Positions 50,049 to 63,676 of a stretch of DNA of 64,000 bases are shown here, piece after piece. Origin of the DNA: Octopus vulgaris (taxonomy: Eukaryota); assembly GCA_951406725.2 (NCBI GenBank), contig OX597823.1, positions 76,756,001 to 76,820,000 of the forward strand, in the 5' to 3' direction. The first letter of the stretch is position 1. Each line of letters begins with the position of its first letter. Position numbers and translations under genes: made by a program. The notes below the pieces were generated by a model. That model saw only the letters and a program-made list of their open reading frames with translations. It made no database searches and was not told the origin of the DNA.

Positions 50049-52231
50049 GTATATGTTTGTGTGTCTGTGTTTGTCCCCCCAACATCACTTGACAACTGAT
50101 GCTGGTGTGTTTACGCTCCTGTAACTTAGCGGTTCAGCAAAAAAGAGCGATATAATAAGAACTAGGCTTACAAAGAATAAGTCCTGGGGTCGATTTGCTT
50201 GACTAAAGGCGGTGCTTCAGCATGGCCGCAGTCAAATGACTGAAACAAGTAAAAGAGAAAAGAGAGAACGGTGAGAATTTAGATGCAATAAGATCAACAA
50301 AATATCTTATATGAAAAAAAAAAAGTTACTGGATGATTGATATATCTATATAGTTCCTTTAATTTCTACAAATAAATTAAGGGACACACCAACTCATTGA
50401 GCTGCAGTTCTTTTTGTCTAAAGGACTCCATGCTACTCCAGGCCATCATACTCCAAGTCTTTAAGGACTGTGCATTACTGTAATTTCACAATGGACATTG
50501 TTATGGGTACTTTTAAAGATTTACAACCTTGATAGTTAGGAGTGACAATAAGATCCAAGTTTTAAAGAATACCATATTCTAGAGTTGATCTAAGTTTGTC
50601 TGGCTTTCAGTATTGGAGTAATTTCTCAAGGCATTATTTTTTTATGCTGAAAATGATTTTGCCTAGAATCAGATCATGCAGAGTCTTTGAAATAAAGTTT
50701 CTGAGGTGTAACACATCAGTCAGCATCCTTACCTGGGTGGTTGTGGCCTAAAATATAAAACAACATAAAAAATAACAATAAAATCAAATTTTGCCAGTGA
50801 TATTGTTTTGCCTAATGATTTTAAAAATCTAAGTTTTTTGTATGGTTTAAAGATGTACTCCAACAGTTTGTGATTGTACCTAAGGTGGAATTTTCTACTG
50901 ATTAGAAATAATGGCTTCAAATTTTGGCACAATGCTACAAATTTTGAGAGGGTGAGTGCTTTACATTGACCACTTTGCTCAGCTGATACTAATTTCATCA
51001 ACCCTGAAAGGATGAAAGGCAAAGTTGACCTTAGCAGCATTTGCACTCAGTTGGATGAAATACTGCTAAGCATTTTAATTGGCATGTTAATGATTCTGCC
51101 AGCTTGCCATTTTTTAACAAGAAAAATAATGGACACAGTTTATGCTCTACTGAGTCACTAATGCCTTTCTCTCAATATTTAATTAATTAGATCCAACAGC
51201 AGTTAATCTCCATCAAAATATAACACTATGTGGTTATCCTAATAAAAATAAATTCCTGATATAGACTGCTCACTGGCATCATTTGGCAACTTTATTCTTT
51301 CATTTGCATCAAACACACTCACAACAGGATTCACAGCAAAAGCTCATTTTAAATTATCGAATGCCCTTTACTGAACATTTATCCAATCAAATTCATTATA
51401 TTTCTTGTGTGAATTCGGAAATAGTTCAATCATTTCAGGATATTTTGATGAATATAAACCATGAATTTTACCAATCCTGAAGAAACCTTCGATTTTCTCT
51501 TAGAAGGTGGAGAAACATTTAATATTTTCTGGACCAAATGTCAGTATGGAAAACACATTCCTTTGAAATCAAATATCCTCAAATCAATATCCTGCCACTA
51601 TAAATATAGATTTCTTTGAATCAATAGTCATGCCTGCAGTTCACTGGCAATCCATTTTAATCTTGGTCTTTAATTTCGTTTTGGTCGTTGCACTGCAACA
51701 TGTCATTTCGATACATTCTTTCATTTTTTTAAATTGCTTCCAAAAGCATTCCATTGAAAAATTGCACTGGCAGTTTTAATTCATGAGGGGATTCAATTCC
51801 ACCTTGACAAAATAATAGTGGGTGTTAATGGTGGTGCTATATTTGGGATAATTATTGATTTGAATTTGCTGAAAAGACACCGTCCCACAAAATAAGTGAA
51901 AAGTGGATTCAATATGAGAATTTGAATAAGGGTCCACATAAATGTTGTGATTAATACCTAGCTTGTAGTCACAACAGATGCACAAATTTCTGTCTGGCTT
52001 TCCTACACCTGAAATAAAGGAGATCCATTTACTACTAATAGTTGGAATATACCAAGTTCAATAATTGTTTTGTAACTTTAGCACTGCTAGTGGAAAATTA
52101 GAACTGGCAGTTTGTGAGATTCAAATTTTGCAAGGTGTATCTTTCTCTCAATTTATTATTGCCCTCTTAAAGATTCAGTTTGCTCATATCTTCAGTAGTG
52201 TCTAATAATCTTGTACTATCAATGTTTGTGT

Positions 52232-52532
52232 GGAGGCACATGGCCTAGTGGTCAGAGCAGCGGACTCACAGTCAAGGCATCGTGGGTTCGAATCTCAGAC
52301 CGGGTGATGTGTGTGTTTATGAGCGAAACACCTAAGCTCCATGCGGCTCCGGCAGAAGGTAATGGCGAACTTCTGCTGACTCTTTCGTAACAAGTTTCTC
52401 TCACTCTTTCCTCCTGCATCTAGCAGCTCACCTGCAGCGGACCAACATCCCACTCAGGTGGGGAAACCTATACGCCAAGGAAACCGGGAAACCGGCCTTT
52501 ATAAGCCAGGCATGGCTCAAGAAGGAACAAAC
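52232..52532 (+). mobile_element. SINE family C head with a third tail type
   Basis: TGGCCTAGTGG and GGTTCGAATCTC boxes. 14-bp TSD ATCAATGTTTGTGT at 52218 and 52533. Confidence 0.9.
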
Positions 52533-53157
52533 ATCAATGTTTGTGTATCAGCTTTAACAAGTCCATGACTTCTGTTCCAATCTCTACTGATTCTAAGGTG
52601 TCTTCAAAGAAGTGTTCATTTTTGATCTCTTATACTCAGAGTATCATTGGGTTTTAAGAATTTTGCTTGCCATTGAATATCCAAAATATCAATTCAATAA
52701 TTGTCGCAGTTATTTACTTTTCCATGCAGACATACACTAGTGTAGCCAGAGTGTGTGATGCCCAGGGTGGCCCTTCCTTTTTCTGCACAAAAAAACCACA
52801 TATTGCCTAGAGTAGACCCAAAAGTACCACCCTTTTAAAAGTGCCACCCTTACAGCCCCCTCCCCAGCTACACTAATACAGACATGGATATATATTAAGG
52901 ATTAGACCAAGTTCTTTAGTGATTTCTTGTTTCCTCATTTACTTACATATCCATACTGACTTTATTCAATTCATGATGAAGAAAAGCATTTTCTTTGCCC
53001 TGTTGTGTAAACACATATTTTCAACAGATCGTTCATCAACAGACCTTTCATCAACAATTTGTTTCAGAAGTTTTATATTTTTCTATTTGAAACAACCAAC
53101 TGATTGAATGTGATTCTTTTTGCTATACATTTCATATATATATATATAAATATATGT

Positions 53158-53345
53158 ACTCTTTACTTACTTGTTTCAGTCATTTGACTGTGGCCATGCT
53201 GAAGCACCACCTTTAGTCAAGCAAATTCTTTGTAAGCCTAGTACTTATTCTATCGGTCTCTTTTGCTGAACTGCTAAGTTACAGGGACGTAAATGCACCA
53301 GCATCGGTTGTCAAGCGATGCTGGGGGACAAACACAGACACAAAA

Positions 53346-53385
<40 letters not shown>

Positions 53386-53537
53386 ACATAGATATATATA
53401 CATATATACGACAGGCTTCTTTCAGTTTCCGTCTACCAAATCCAATCACAAGGCTTTGGTCGGCCCGAGGCTATAGTAGAAGACACTTACCCATGGTTCT
53501 GAACCCAGAACCATGTGGTTGGCAAGCAAGCTACTTA
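53158..53537 (-). mobile_element. SINE family A
   Basis: Homology to other copies. Confidence 0.88.
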
Positions 53538-53568
53538 CCACACAGCTGCCTCTGCCCCTATATATATA

Positions 53569-53667
<99 letters not shown>

Positions 53668-54532
53668 TTCTAAATGCATAACATATCCCATTAATACTTA
53701 TAAGCACAAAATTTACATTTTGAAAACTTATTTATTTTGACAACACAACACATTAGCAATTTTGATTTTCACACTATGGGAATTTTTGAGTCTTGTTGAA
53801 ATAGGATATCATTGCCTCTTGCATGAAGTTCACACATTCTATAAGAAAAATGTTTCCCAACTGCAATGGTTCCAAGATCATTTGACTTATGAGTTGTCAG
53901 TTTCAAGCCTTTTAAGACACTTATTTGTATTAATTCATCTTCAATATTTTTGTCACCCTAACAAGGAATATAGAACGTACAAAGCTCAAAACAATCATAA
54001 AAATCAATGCAAATACTTTGCAATGAATAGGCATCAAAGATTCTTGATGCAAATACATAAATTTTATTCATTCAACATTGACCAACTTCCTTTTAAGCGT
54101 CACTTTATTCCTCACAGTCTCATATATTTTACTGAAATGTATGCCTGTCTTCCAGCCTATTTATAAGAACCATGAGTGACACCTTCAATATATTTTCAAT
54201 GCTAGCTTTTGACACAAATAAAATATATGCTCTCTTTTACATTACCACATTCAAGAATATCTTTCAGTTTCTCAATGATTAAGATGCCAGCTAAATGTAT
54301 TAAAAATGAACCAATAAACACAAAATTCAAATTCAAATTCTACTAGTGACACCAGTTGTTTCAATGTAAATAATTCACAAATTCAATAATTTAGTATAGT
54401 AATTGATAAGTCAACCATTTGCATTTATATAATGCAGAAATAACTATTCATAACTGAAGGTTCAATATAGCAAACCAGCTTCTAAAAATAATAGCCAAAT
54501 GTCTCTCACATTAAATACTCTGTTTTAAAAAT

Positions 54533-54973
54533 ATTCTTTTCTACTCCAGGCACAAGAACTGAAATTTTTGGAGAGGGCCCAGTCAATTAGATCGACCCCA
54601 TTATTGAACTAGCACTTAATTTATCGATCCAGAAAGGATGAAAGGCAAAGATGACCTCGGTGGAATTTGAACTCAGAATGCAAAGACAGGCGTAATACCA
54701 TTGAGCATTTCGACCAGCATGCTAATACTTCTGCCAGCTCGATGCCTATCTCCTTGTAGATATTCTTTTCTATTCTAGGCATAAGGCCCAAAATTTTGGG
54801 GGAGGAGTCCAGTCGATTTGATCGACCCCAGTATGCAACTAGTACTTTATCGACCCCAAAAGGATGAAAGGCAAAGTCAACCGTGGCGAAATTTGAACTC
54901 AGATTGTAAAGACAGACAAAATATCGCTAAGCTTTTTGGCTGGCATACTAACATTTCTGTCAGCTCGCTGCCT
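54533..54973 (-). mobile_element. Two tandem family B SINEs
   Basis: Two reverse-oriented copies at about 54533-54747 and 54762-54973. Confidence 0.85.
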
Positions 54974-55131
54974 TTCTATTTTAAAAATGCTAAAGACTCT
55001 TTAATTAATTAGCTTTAGTTTAGGTACAATACAGCACTTTTGAGGGTAGAGGGTAGAGAATAAGTGGCTGCCACTGACTCTGTACTTTACTGACATTTAA
55101 TTTCATAAACCTAAGAAGAAAGAAAAATAAA

Positions 55132-56870
55132 AATGTTGTTGTGTCTACATCCCCATAACATTTGTGGTTCAGCAAAAGAGACTGATAGAATAAATACTAG
55201 GCTTACAAAGAATAAGTTCTGGAATCAATTTGTTTGACTAAAGGTGGTGCTCCAGCATGACCAAAATCAAATGACTGAAACAAATAAATGAGTAGAGCTT
55301 TTTAATAGTGCAGCCCAACATATGAGTGATTCTCAAGTGTCTTGCTTCTTGAAACAATGTTGCTCATACCTGTCTTATGATCATCCATGTTATAGGAATT
55401 GAATTCAAAATGTAAAAAAAAATTAAATAAATACCACTAGGCACTGCATTCGACACACTAATGATTCTGCCAGCTCACTACCTACAAGATTCCTTAAATA
55501 GAGCAATCTTAGATGTCCTTAAAAAAGCAGATTGTTAAGGCTTGAATTCTATTGATCCTAGGCCTGTTCTCTCACATTGATAGTGTTAGACAACATAACC
55601 TATTGTACCTCTCACTAATATTGTGAAGCAAATATAATGTAAGAGATTCATTAAACTGCTGTTGAGTATTATAATTTGACCATGCCAAATAAAACAAGCT
55701 CAATGAGATGCTACAGTCATTTTAGTGCAACACTTTCACAACATAACTTCTGATCAGTTGCATTCTTTCTCAAGTGATTGGGTGTGGATTCAACTACAGC
55801 AAATGTTACAACAAAGGCAATTTGTTCTGATTAGCTAGACACACCTAATAACTAAAGGTAACAGCTGTGTCCAAGTTCAAGATGTTATAATGGTTCAATA
55901 AAGAAATTTGTAACAGAGTGAATGATGTAACTAGATGAAGCGAAATAAGCAGCATTCAAAGAGCAGTAGAATCTTCGGATGACATGTGCACCAGGTCCAT
56001 TACGAAGTTTGTGTACTCCCTAACTATAGCATCTTTCATACAGTTTTGCTTTTTAAAAATATGTTTACAGTAAGCTGCTTACAGTCCTGAAACATACATA
56101 CATACATACATACACATACATACACACATACTTACATACATACACACATACATACATATATACTCATATATATGTACACACGTACATAAATACATACACA
56201 CATACATACATACATACACACACATACACACGTACATGCATACACATACATGCACACATACATTCATACATACATACACATACATACAAACAGACATGTA
56301 TAGGTATACATTCATACACACATACATACACACATGCTCACATACATACATACACACACACGTACATACACACACACACGTACATATATACATATCAAAA
56401 GCAGGAGATTGGAAAAATGTTTCAGCATTAATAATTCCCATTACACATGTTACGTAACTGAATAGGTTATATAACATGTGTACATACATACATATGTACA
56501 TACATACATTGAAGATCAATGAAAAAGAATACGTTTGTATGTCTGTGGTTGTCCTGTGTGTATATGTTGGTATGTCTGTGGTTGTCCCCCCCACCATCGC
56601 TTGACAACCAATGTTGTTGTGTCTACATCCCCATAACATTTGTGGTTCAGCAAAAGAGACTGATAGAATAAATACTAGGCTTACAAAGAATAAGTTCTGG
56701 ATTCAATTTGTTTGACTAAAGGTGGTGCTCCAGCATGACCAAAATCAAATGACTGAAACAAATAAATGAGTAGAGCTTTTTAATAGTGCAGCTCAACATA
56801 TGAGTGATTCTCAAGTGGCTTGCTTCTTGAAACAATGTTGCTCATACCTGTCTTATGATCATCCATGTTA
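55132..56870 (+). repeat. 261-bp near-identical direct repeat (55132-55392 and 56610-56870)
   Basis: Includes a SINE A tail plus about 100 bp of non-SINE flank; only a few mismatches. Confidence 0.92.
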
Positions 56871-57169
56871 AAGAGGTGATTAAATTACCTGCTGTGTATT
56901 CTGTATCTAAGACTTATGTCACTCAACAGTTTATTTAGAGGAATGACGGCCATGCCAAAGAGAATTCTATGTCAATATCACTAGCATTCACTGAACCTAA
57001 CTCTGGATTCAGTATTAGACTTGCCTTTCATAGCTTTATATAATTTAATAGAAATTTACCAACAACTAGAGAGATTTTATAGATTTACAAGCATTTCTCA
57101 ACCCAACTATGGGGAAGGCTATCAAATTATTATTGTTGTTGTTATTGTTTTTCTGATTTTTGCTGTTGC

Positions 57170-57233
<64 letters not shown>

Positions 57234-57489
57234 TTATCAATTTCATTAGTATTGTTTTCTGTGGCTATCATTCTTTGTACATGCTTTTTCCTTTCTGTAC
57301 TCTTACACCATTAGGTTTGTGCGACATTGAATCATATTTTGTATTTATTTTTTAAAAGTCTGGCACTTACTCTATTGGTCTCTTGTCCCATAGCACTAAG
57401 TTATGGGGGCATAAACAAACCAGCACTGGTTGTCAAGCTATGGTGGAGGATGACTACAGACACAAACACACACACACATATATGTATAC

Positions 57490-57534
<45 letters not shown>

Positions 57535-57758
57535 TATAAGAGGGCTGACCACTACATGGATATCCATTATGCTACAAGTAGATCTGCTATGGTCTTACCA
57601 CTAAGAAAGGAATGTTCTCAAGAAAATTTAGCAAACAAAAATGTAAGCGAGCAAGACAAATGAAAAGAAACAAAATATTCAATATTCAATTTTTCACAAT
57701 TATTATTCAATATTCAGTATTCATCTTTCACCCTTATTATTTTAAATTTTTATGTATA

Positions 57759-57792
<34 letters not shown>

Positions 57793-57800
57793 CGATGATG

Positions 57801-57833
<33 letters not shown>

Positions 57834-58083
57834 TATATCCTGTCTGTGTTTGCCTTTCAAGTGCTGTGTTTTTACTGAGATCTCCCTTTTAGTAGAAAGA
57901 ATAGCTATAACTCTTTGACTGCTATTTCTAAATTCGGTGTGTGGTGAGGCAATTCGTTGCCAAACCCTTAATTGCTTAGTATTACTTAAACTTTCCTCGA
58001 ATGAGGCTTTTACATGCCGAAATCTACTTGGTGTAATTAATGATTATTCCAAATTAATTAATTTCACCCTATATTGTTACTGA

Positions 58084-58114
<31 letters not shown>

Positions 58115-58115
58115 G

Positions 58116-58149
<34 letters not shown>

Positions 58150-58150
<1 letters not shown>

Positions 58151-58530
58151 CTCTATATATAAACGGCAGTTTGTCTGTGCGTGTTTCTGTGTGTCTGTTT
58201 GCTTGTACCCTCACCCTGACCACGGCTTTCAACCGATTCTGATGAAACTTGACACACACATAGCCCAATGTCATAATTCAAAACTAACGCAGCGAAAATT
58301 TTGAAAAGTTCCCCCAGTTCTGAAAAAAATCGATAAATTCGACATGGGGTCGAGAATCAGAAACACAAACCGCAAACTGTCTAGGGGACGCAACTCCACC
58401 TTTTTTAACTAAAAAAAAAATTTACCATCATTTTTTCCCATTGTTTTGCTATTTTCTGGCTATAACTGTCTAAAAAGGCTTTATAGTTATTTCCCTTACA
58501 AACCTGAGCAACGCCGGGCGATACTGCTAG
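58150..58530 (+). mobile_element. Non-autonomous Helitron (type A)
   Basis: A|TC start, GTCT/GT-rich 5' segment, 3' hairpin CCTGAGCAACGCCGGG, then CTAG|T. No TSD; inserted in (TA)n. Confidence 0.85.
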
Positions 58531-58534
58531 TATG

Positions 58535-58587
<53 letters not shown>

Positions 58588-59785
58588 GTGGGCTTCTTTC
58601 AGTTTCCATCTTCCAAATTTACTCACTAAGCTTTGGTCAACCTGAGGTTTTAGTAGAAAGAAACTACTTGCCCAAGTTGCCAAGCTGTGGGATTAAACCC
58701 AGAACCATATGGCTCAGAAGCAAACTTCTTGCCACACAACCTCATGAATAGAAACAGATAAGGTTTATACATTCTGGATGTTGTCTAAAATGATTTTGCA
58801 TAAAGCAACACTAACATTCCAGATGTGGAAACAATTCTCTGTTGCAGTCTTCACTGATTCCTAACATTTTGAAGGAGCATGTAGTCCTCAGTTGTGTACT
58901 TCTTGTGTTAAAGAAGTTTGTGATGTGATGATGTTTTCTTTATATACAGAGTGGCATTGATATATTTCCATGATATGAGAAGAGTATCTGATACTTTGCT
59001 GATATGAGGATTGTTAATGATGTTGATCTAAGTAGTGCTGTTCTCTTGATGTAAATTTGATAAACATGTCTGGAATGTTTAACTAGAAAAGCAAAAAGGT
59101 ATTACACCGCTGCGAATATCTCATCGCTACATTCACAAAAAAACATCTCCTAAAACCTGAACATCTGATACAAAATCTAAATTGAAAATCCAAATATCTT
59201 ATATGTTGTGTGTGTGGTACAAACTGCTTTGTTTTTAAAGAGGATATGATGTTTCTCAATAATATATTGATACAAAAACATGAAAAACATACCACAAACA
59301 AGTAAATATAAAAATACTAATACTTGTTTTAGTACGACTGCTTTGATTTATAATCATTTCCATATATTATATTTACTTTAATACTTGTAGCTTTCTTTAT
59401 ACAGAATAGTCATATGGTTTACATAATATATTACATCACTAAATTTGAAGCAACTTAGTATTTTGTTCAGATTTACTGAACTATTTTGTAGACTGTGCAC
59501 AAAAATATAATCTCATTTTCGCTAGGAAACATTAATATTATTATATCTTTAAATGTGGTGAGATGGTAGAATTGCTAAAACGTCAGAAAATATGCATTAT
59601 GGTATTTCTCCCAGCTCTTTACATTCAAACCGCGCATCTTGAAATCAAAACCTATTGAGGTCAACTTTTCCATTCATCTTTTCAGAGTTTATCAAATAAA
59701 GTTCCAGGTGTTAATGTAGTCATTTTGCCCCCTCCTCTCAAAATTCTTAGCCTTGTGTCAAAATTAGAAAGAATATTATCTTATA

Positions 59786-60204
59786 GGCGCAGGAGTGGCT
59801 GTGTGGAAAGTAGCTTGCTTACCAATCACATGGTTCTGGGTTCAGTCCTACTGCATGGCACCTAGGGCAAGTCTTCTACTATAGCCTCAGGCCGACCAAA
59901 GCCTTGTGAGTGGATTTGGTAGATGGAAACTGAAAGAAGCCTGTCGTATATATATGTATGTATATATATATATATGTATGTATGTATGTGTATATATTTG
60001 TGTGTCTGTGTTTGTCCCCCCAACATCGCTTGACAACCGATGTATGGTGTGTTTACATCCCCATAACTTAGCGGTTTGGCAAAAGAAACTAATAGAATAA
60101 GTACTAGGCTTACAAAGAATAAGTCCTGGGGTCGATTTTATTCGACTAAAGGTGGTGCTCCAGCATGGCCGCAGACAAATTACTGTAGCCAGTAAAAGAG
60201 TAAA
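59786..60204 (+). mobile_element. SINE family A, full length
   Basis: Complete head to tail. Confidence 0.92.
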
Positions 60205-60708
60205 CCTCAAATCCTGGTGAAGTCAACTCTGCCTTTCACGCTTTCAGTGTTGATAAAAAGGACCAGTCTAGAAAAAGAAGGAAGTGAGGAGCAATGTATT
60301 CAACTAACCCCATCACCCTAGAGTTGCTGGCCTTGTGCCAATATGTGAGACCCCTAAGATGGGAGCTGGTAGGATCTTTAACATGTGAGACTAAATGATT
60401 GGTGACATTTCATCCAGTTTTTTGCATCCTGAGATCAAAACCTGCTGAGGTCAACTTTGCCGTTCATCCTTTCAGAGATTATCAAATAAAGCTGCAGGTG
60501 TTAATGAAGCCCCCTCCCCTCAAAATTCTTAGCCTTGTGCCAAAATTAGAAGGAATATTATTTTATACATATACCAATGTTTATAAATGTCTTTCTAATT
60601 TATATATAGCAAGTTAAGTGAAATGTGACATAACACAAATTCATAGTATCTAAAGGAATCTAAGAACAACAGCAACAATGTATAAGTATGTGTGTATAAA
60701 TATATGTA

Positions 60709-60900
60709 AAGGCGCATGGCTTAGTGGTTAGATGTTACGTTCATGGTTGCTAACTCGTGGGTTCGATTCCCAGACTGGATGGGACATTGTATTCTTAAGG
60801 AAAAACTCGAGGTCAATCTTTGCCAAGTGGCTTCACTCTGCATGCTTTAGCTTCGTTACTATGGCAACAGGCCGGATATTTATTGATCAGACCTCGTATA
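60709..60900 (+). mobile_element. tRNA-derived SINE (family E)
   Basis: TGGCTTAGTGG and GGTTCGATTCCC boxes; body homologous to about 44450-44530. Confidence 0.75.
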
Positions 60901-61837
60901 TGCATTTTGTATATCAAGCCCAAGCTGTTATATTTAAGTTCTTTACCCACATAATTGCCTACACACACGTGTATACACATGCGCATATGTTCGATAACCT
61001 TTTGCACATACATAAACGGCAAATAAACACACACACATACTAAACGCACATACTTATACACGCATACTATAGTTTCATACACGCACGTGCTTTCACACAT
61101 ACACACATATATATGATAACTTCACACACACATATATGCCTGATAGTTTGATACACAGACATGCATGCCAGGTCACGGTCTTCTGCCTTGCCATCCGCAC
61201 CTCAGTCCAACTTTTTCCTCTTCTGATCATTTTAGCATGTCTTGACTATTTAATTCAGACATTTTTTTCTCTTGTTCTTCTCTCGTCACCTATCTTTTCC
61301 GTAAAAGGGCGCAGGCTTGAAACGTTGAAGATTTCTTCTATTTTTACTCGGCGTTTACTAATACAACCTCTGTGTTGTTCTTTTATCCTGTCCTTGTGGT
61401 TCTTGTATTTTGGGGTCGTGTGAATACATATTGTTGAAATTTACAGAAAACAAAGAACGAAGATAGGTGTATGAACAAGCATGTTCGACGCTCGGGAAAG
61501 TGAAGAAGTCTTTTATGTTTCGAGCCTACGCTCTTCAACAAGGAGGAATAAGAGAAAATAAAAAGAGAGGGAATGAAAAAAAAAACTTGTAGATTTCAGA
61601 GGTCCAGCATACACACACACACAGATGTACAAATACACACACACACACATGTACGAATACACACACACTCACGTTGTCATATTAATAGCATTACATCCTT
61701 AAAGTAAGGAATCCGCTAAACTAAAGAGTAAGGTTCAAAGTTATAAACTAGCAAAAGACTAATGATTATAGTAAAAAAAATGCAAAGGATAGCGAAAGGA
61801 AGTGGGAGCGATAATATTTGGTCTGTTTTATACAAAA

Positions 61838-62995
61838 CTAGCAGTATCGCCCGGCGTTGCTCGGGTTTGTAAGGGAAATAACTATATAAGCATTTTTAGA
61901 GAGTTATAGCCAAAAAGATGCATTAAAAATGGAAAAAAAATTATGGTAATTTTTATTTAAATCGTTGACTCATCGTAGACATTTTTAGAGAGTTACTTCC
62001 CTTATATAATAGCGAAAAAATGCATTAAAATGGAAAAAAATGATTGTAAATTTTTTTTTAAATCGTAGACTCATCGTAGACGCGCGCTAATACCCAGAAG
62101 GGCTCGATATGAATCACGACTATAAGATACCCGGTTTTGGCTAAACTGCACCGCAAAATGTGGGAGTAGTTAGGAATCTAAATCGTAGGAGACAGACACA
62201 CAACTTCACTTTTATATATAAAGACTAGCAGTATCGCCCGGCGTTGCTCGGGTTTGTAAGGGAAATAACTATATAAGCATTTTTAGAGAGTTATAGCCAA
62301 AAAATAGCAAAAAAATGCATTAAAAATGGACAAAAAAAATTTAAATCGTTGACTCATCGTAGACATTTTTAGAGAGTTACTTCCCTTATATAATAGCGAA
62401 AAAAATTGCATTAAAATGGAAAACAATTATGGTAATTTTTTTTTTAAATCGTAGACTCATCGTAGACGCGCGCTAATACCCAGAACGGCTCGATATGAAT
62501 CACGACTTTAAGATACCCGTTTTTGGTTAAACTGCACCGCAAAATGTGGGAGTAGTTTGGAATCTAAATCGTAGGAGACAGACACACAACTTCACTTTTA
62601 TATATAAAGACTAGCAGTATCGCCCGGCGTTGCTCGGGTTTGTAAGGGAAATAACTATAAAGCATTTTTAGAGAGTTATAGCCAAAAAATAGCAAAAAAA
62701 TGGGGAAAAAAATGATGGTCAATATTTTTTGATAGTTAAAAAGGTCGAGTTGCGTCCCCTAGACCATCTGTGGTTTGTGTTTCTGATTGTTGACCCCATG
62801 TCGAATTTATCGATCTTTTTCAGAACTGGGGGAACTTTTCAAAATTTTCGCTGCGTTAGTTTTGAATTATGACATTGGGCTATGTTTGTATCAAGTTTCA
62901 TCAGAATCGGTTGAAAGCCGTGGTCAGAGTGAGGGTACAACCAAACAGACACACAGAAACACACACAGACAAACTGCCGTTTATATAGAGAGAGA
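61838..62995 (-). mobile_element. Head-to-tail trimer of non-autonomous Helitrons (A-B-B)
   Basis: Units 62611-62995, 62225-62610 and 61838-62224. Each starts TC and ends CCCGAGCAACGCCGGGCGATACTGCTAG; junctions are CTAG|TC with no spacer. Confidence 0.88.
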
Positions 62996-63224
62996 TGTGT
63001 TAGTGGAAAAAAGATGCTGACGTCCACTGACAGTAGCAAAAGGAACGAAAATAACATCAATGAATCGACATAGAGAGGCCTAATCTTGCACACACACACA
63101 CATTATGTTTACATTCATACATACATGCACACATGCATATACGTACGCACTTACAGACATGCACACACATATACACGCTGAGAGCTATAGTAGTTTGTCT
63201 TGCTGAAGAGGTTTGTAGGTTGTT

Positions 63225-63400
63225 AGGTAAGGGGGCGGGAATAGATAATGTAAGCACTGGCTGTTAAAGACCGACGCCAAAGTATTTATTTATTTATCTT
63301 AATTGGAGTGAAATTTAAAAACAAAAAATCGGTGCTTTAGCGCATGCGCCGTAGTGTAAGCGATTATTGTCTGCTAGACATAATTTTCGTAAATTTCAAC
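63225..63400. promoter_or_regulatory. Possible promoter-proximal region
   Basis: NRF1-type palindrome GCGCATGCGC (63340-63349), GC box GGGGGCGGGA (63231-63240), and locally retained CpGs in unique DNA. Confidence 0.3.
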
Positions 63401-63618
63401 ATTCAAAAATTTACTGTTACTTTTCTATTATCTATATTAATATTTTGTAATAACCATGAAATGAGCTGGACGACATAATCTATTATGCATACACCATTTA
63501 TAATAATATCCGTGAGACAACTGGCCTATAACAATGGGGAAATATCTATATTAGATACAGAACTTACGATATATTAATAATTAAAACTTTTCACTGTGAA
63601 TTAAATATTTTAAATTAA

Positions 63619-63676
<58 letters not shown>

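Larger units (their letters stand above)
50330..54340 (-). mobile_element. Highly decayed Ty3/Gypsy gag-pol relic interrupted by SINEs
   Basis: Motifs in minus-strand order: gag-like KRKLVNVE..IEDELIQ..CKFC; RT KPDRNLCICCDYKLGINHNIYVDPY, TTINT, IKTASAIFQ; RNase H NDASEQSISGI, NIERKAL, FLISRKFHLRYNHKLLEYIF; integrase zinc-finger-like HNNVHCEIT..WPG. No LTRs seen. Confidence 0.75.

Noticed and set aside
51776-52009. Host exon with good minus-strand acceptor
   Set aside because: The peptide is the Gypsy RT ICxDYK region and sits in order with other pol motifs.
57990-58035. Hammerhead-like CGAATGA GGC..GCC GAAA
   Set aside because: Core deviates at several invariant positions, stem I does not pair, and it is a single copy in the window.
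58780-59305. Coding-like unique DNA (CCVCGTNC motif)
   Set aside because: Multiple stops in the examined frames and no recognisable family.
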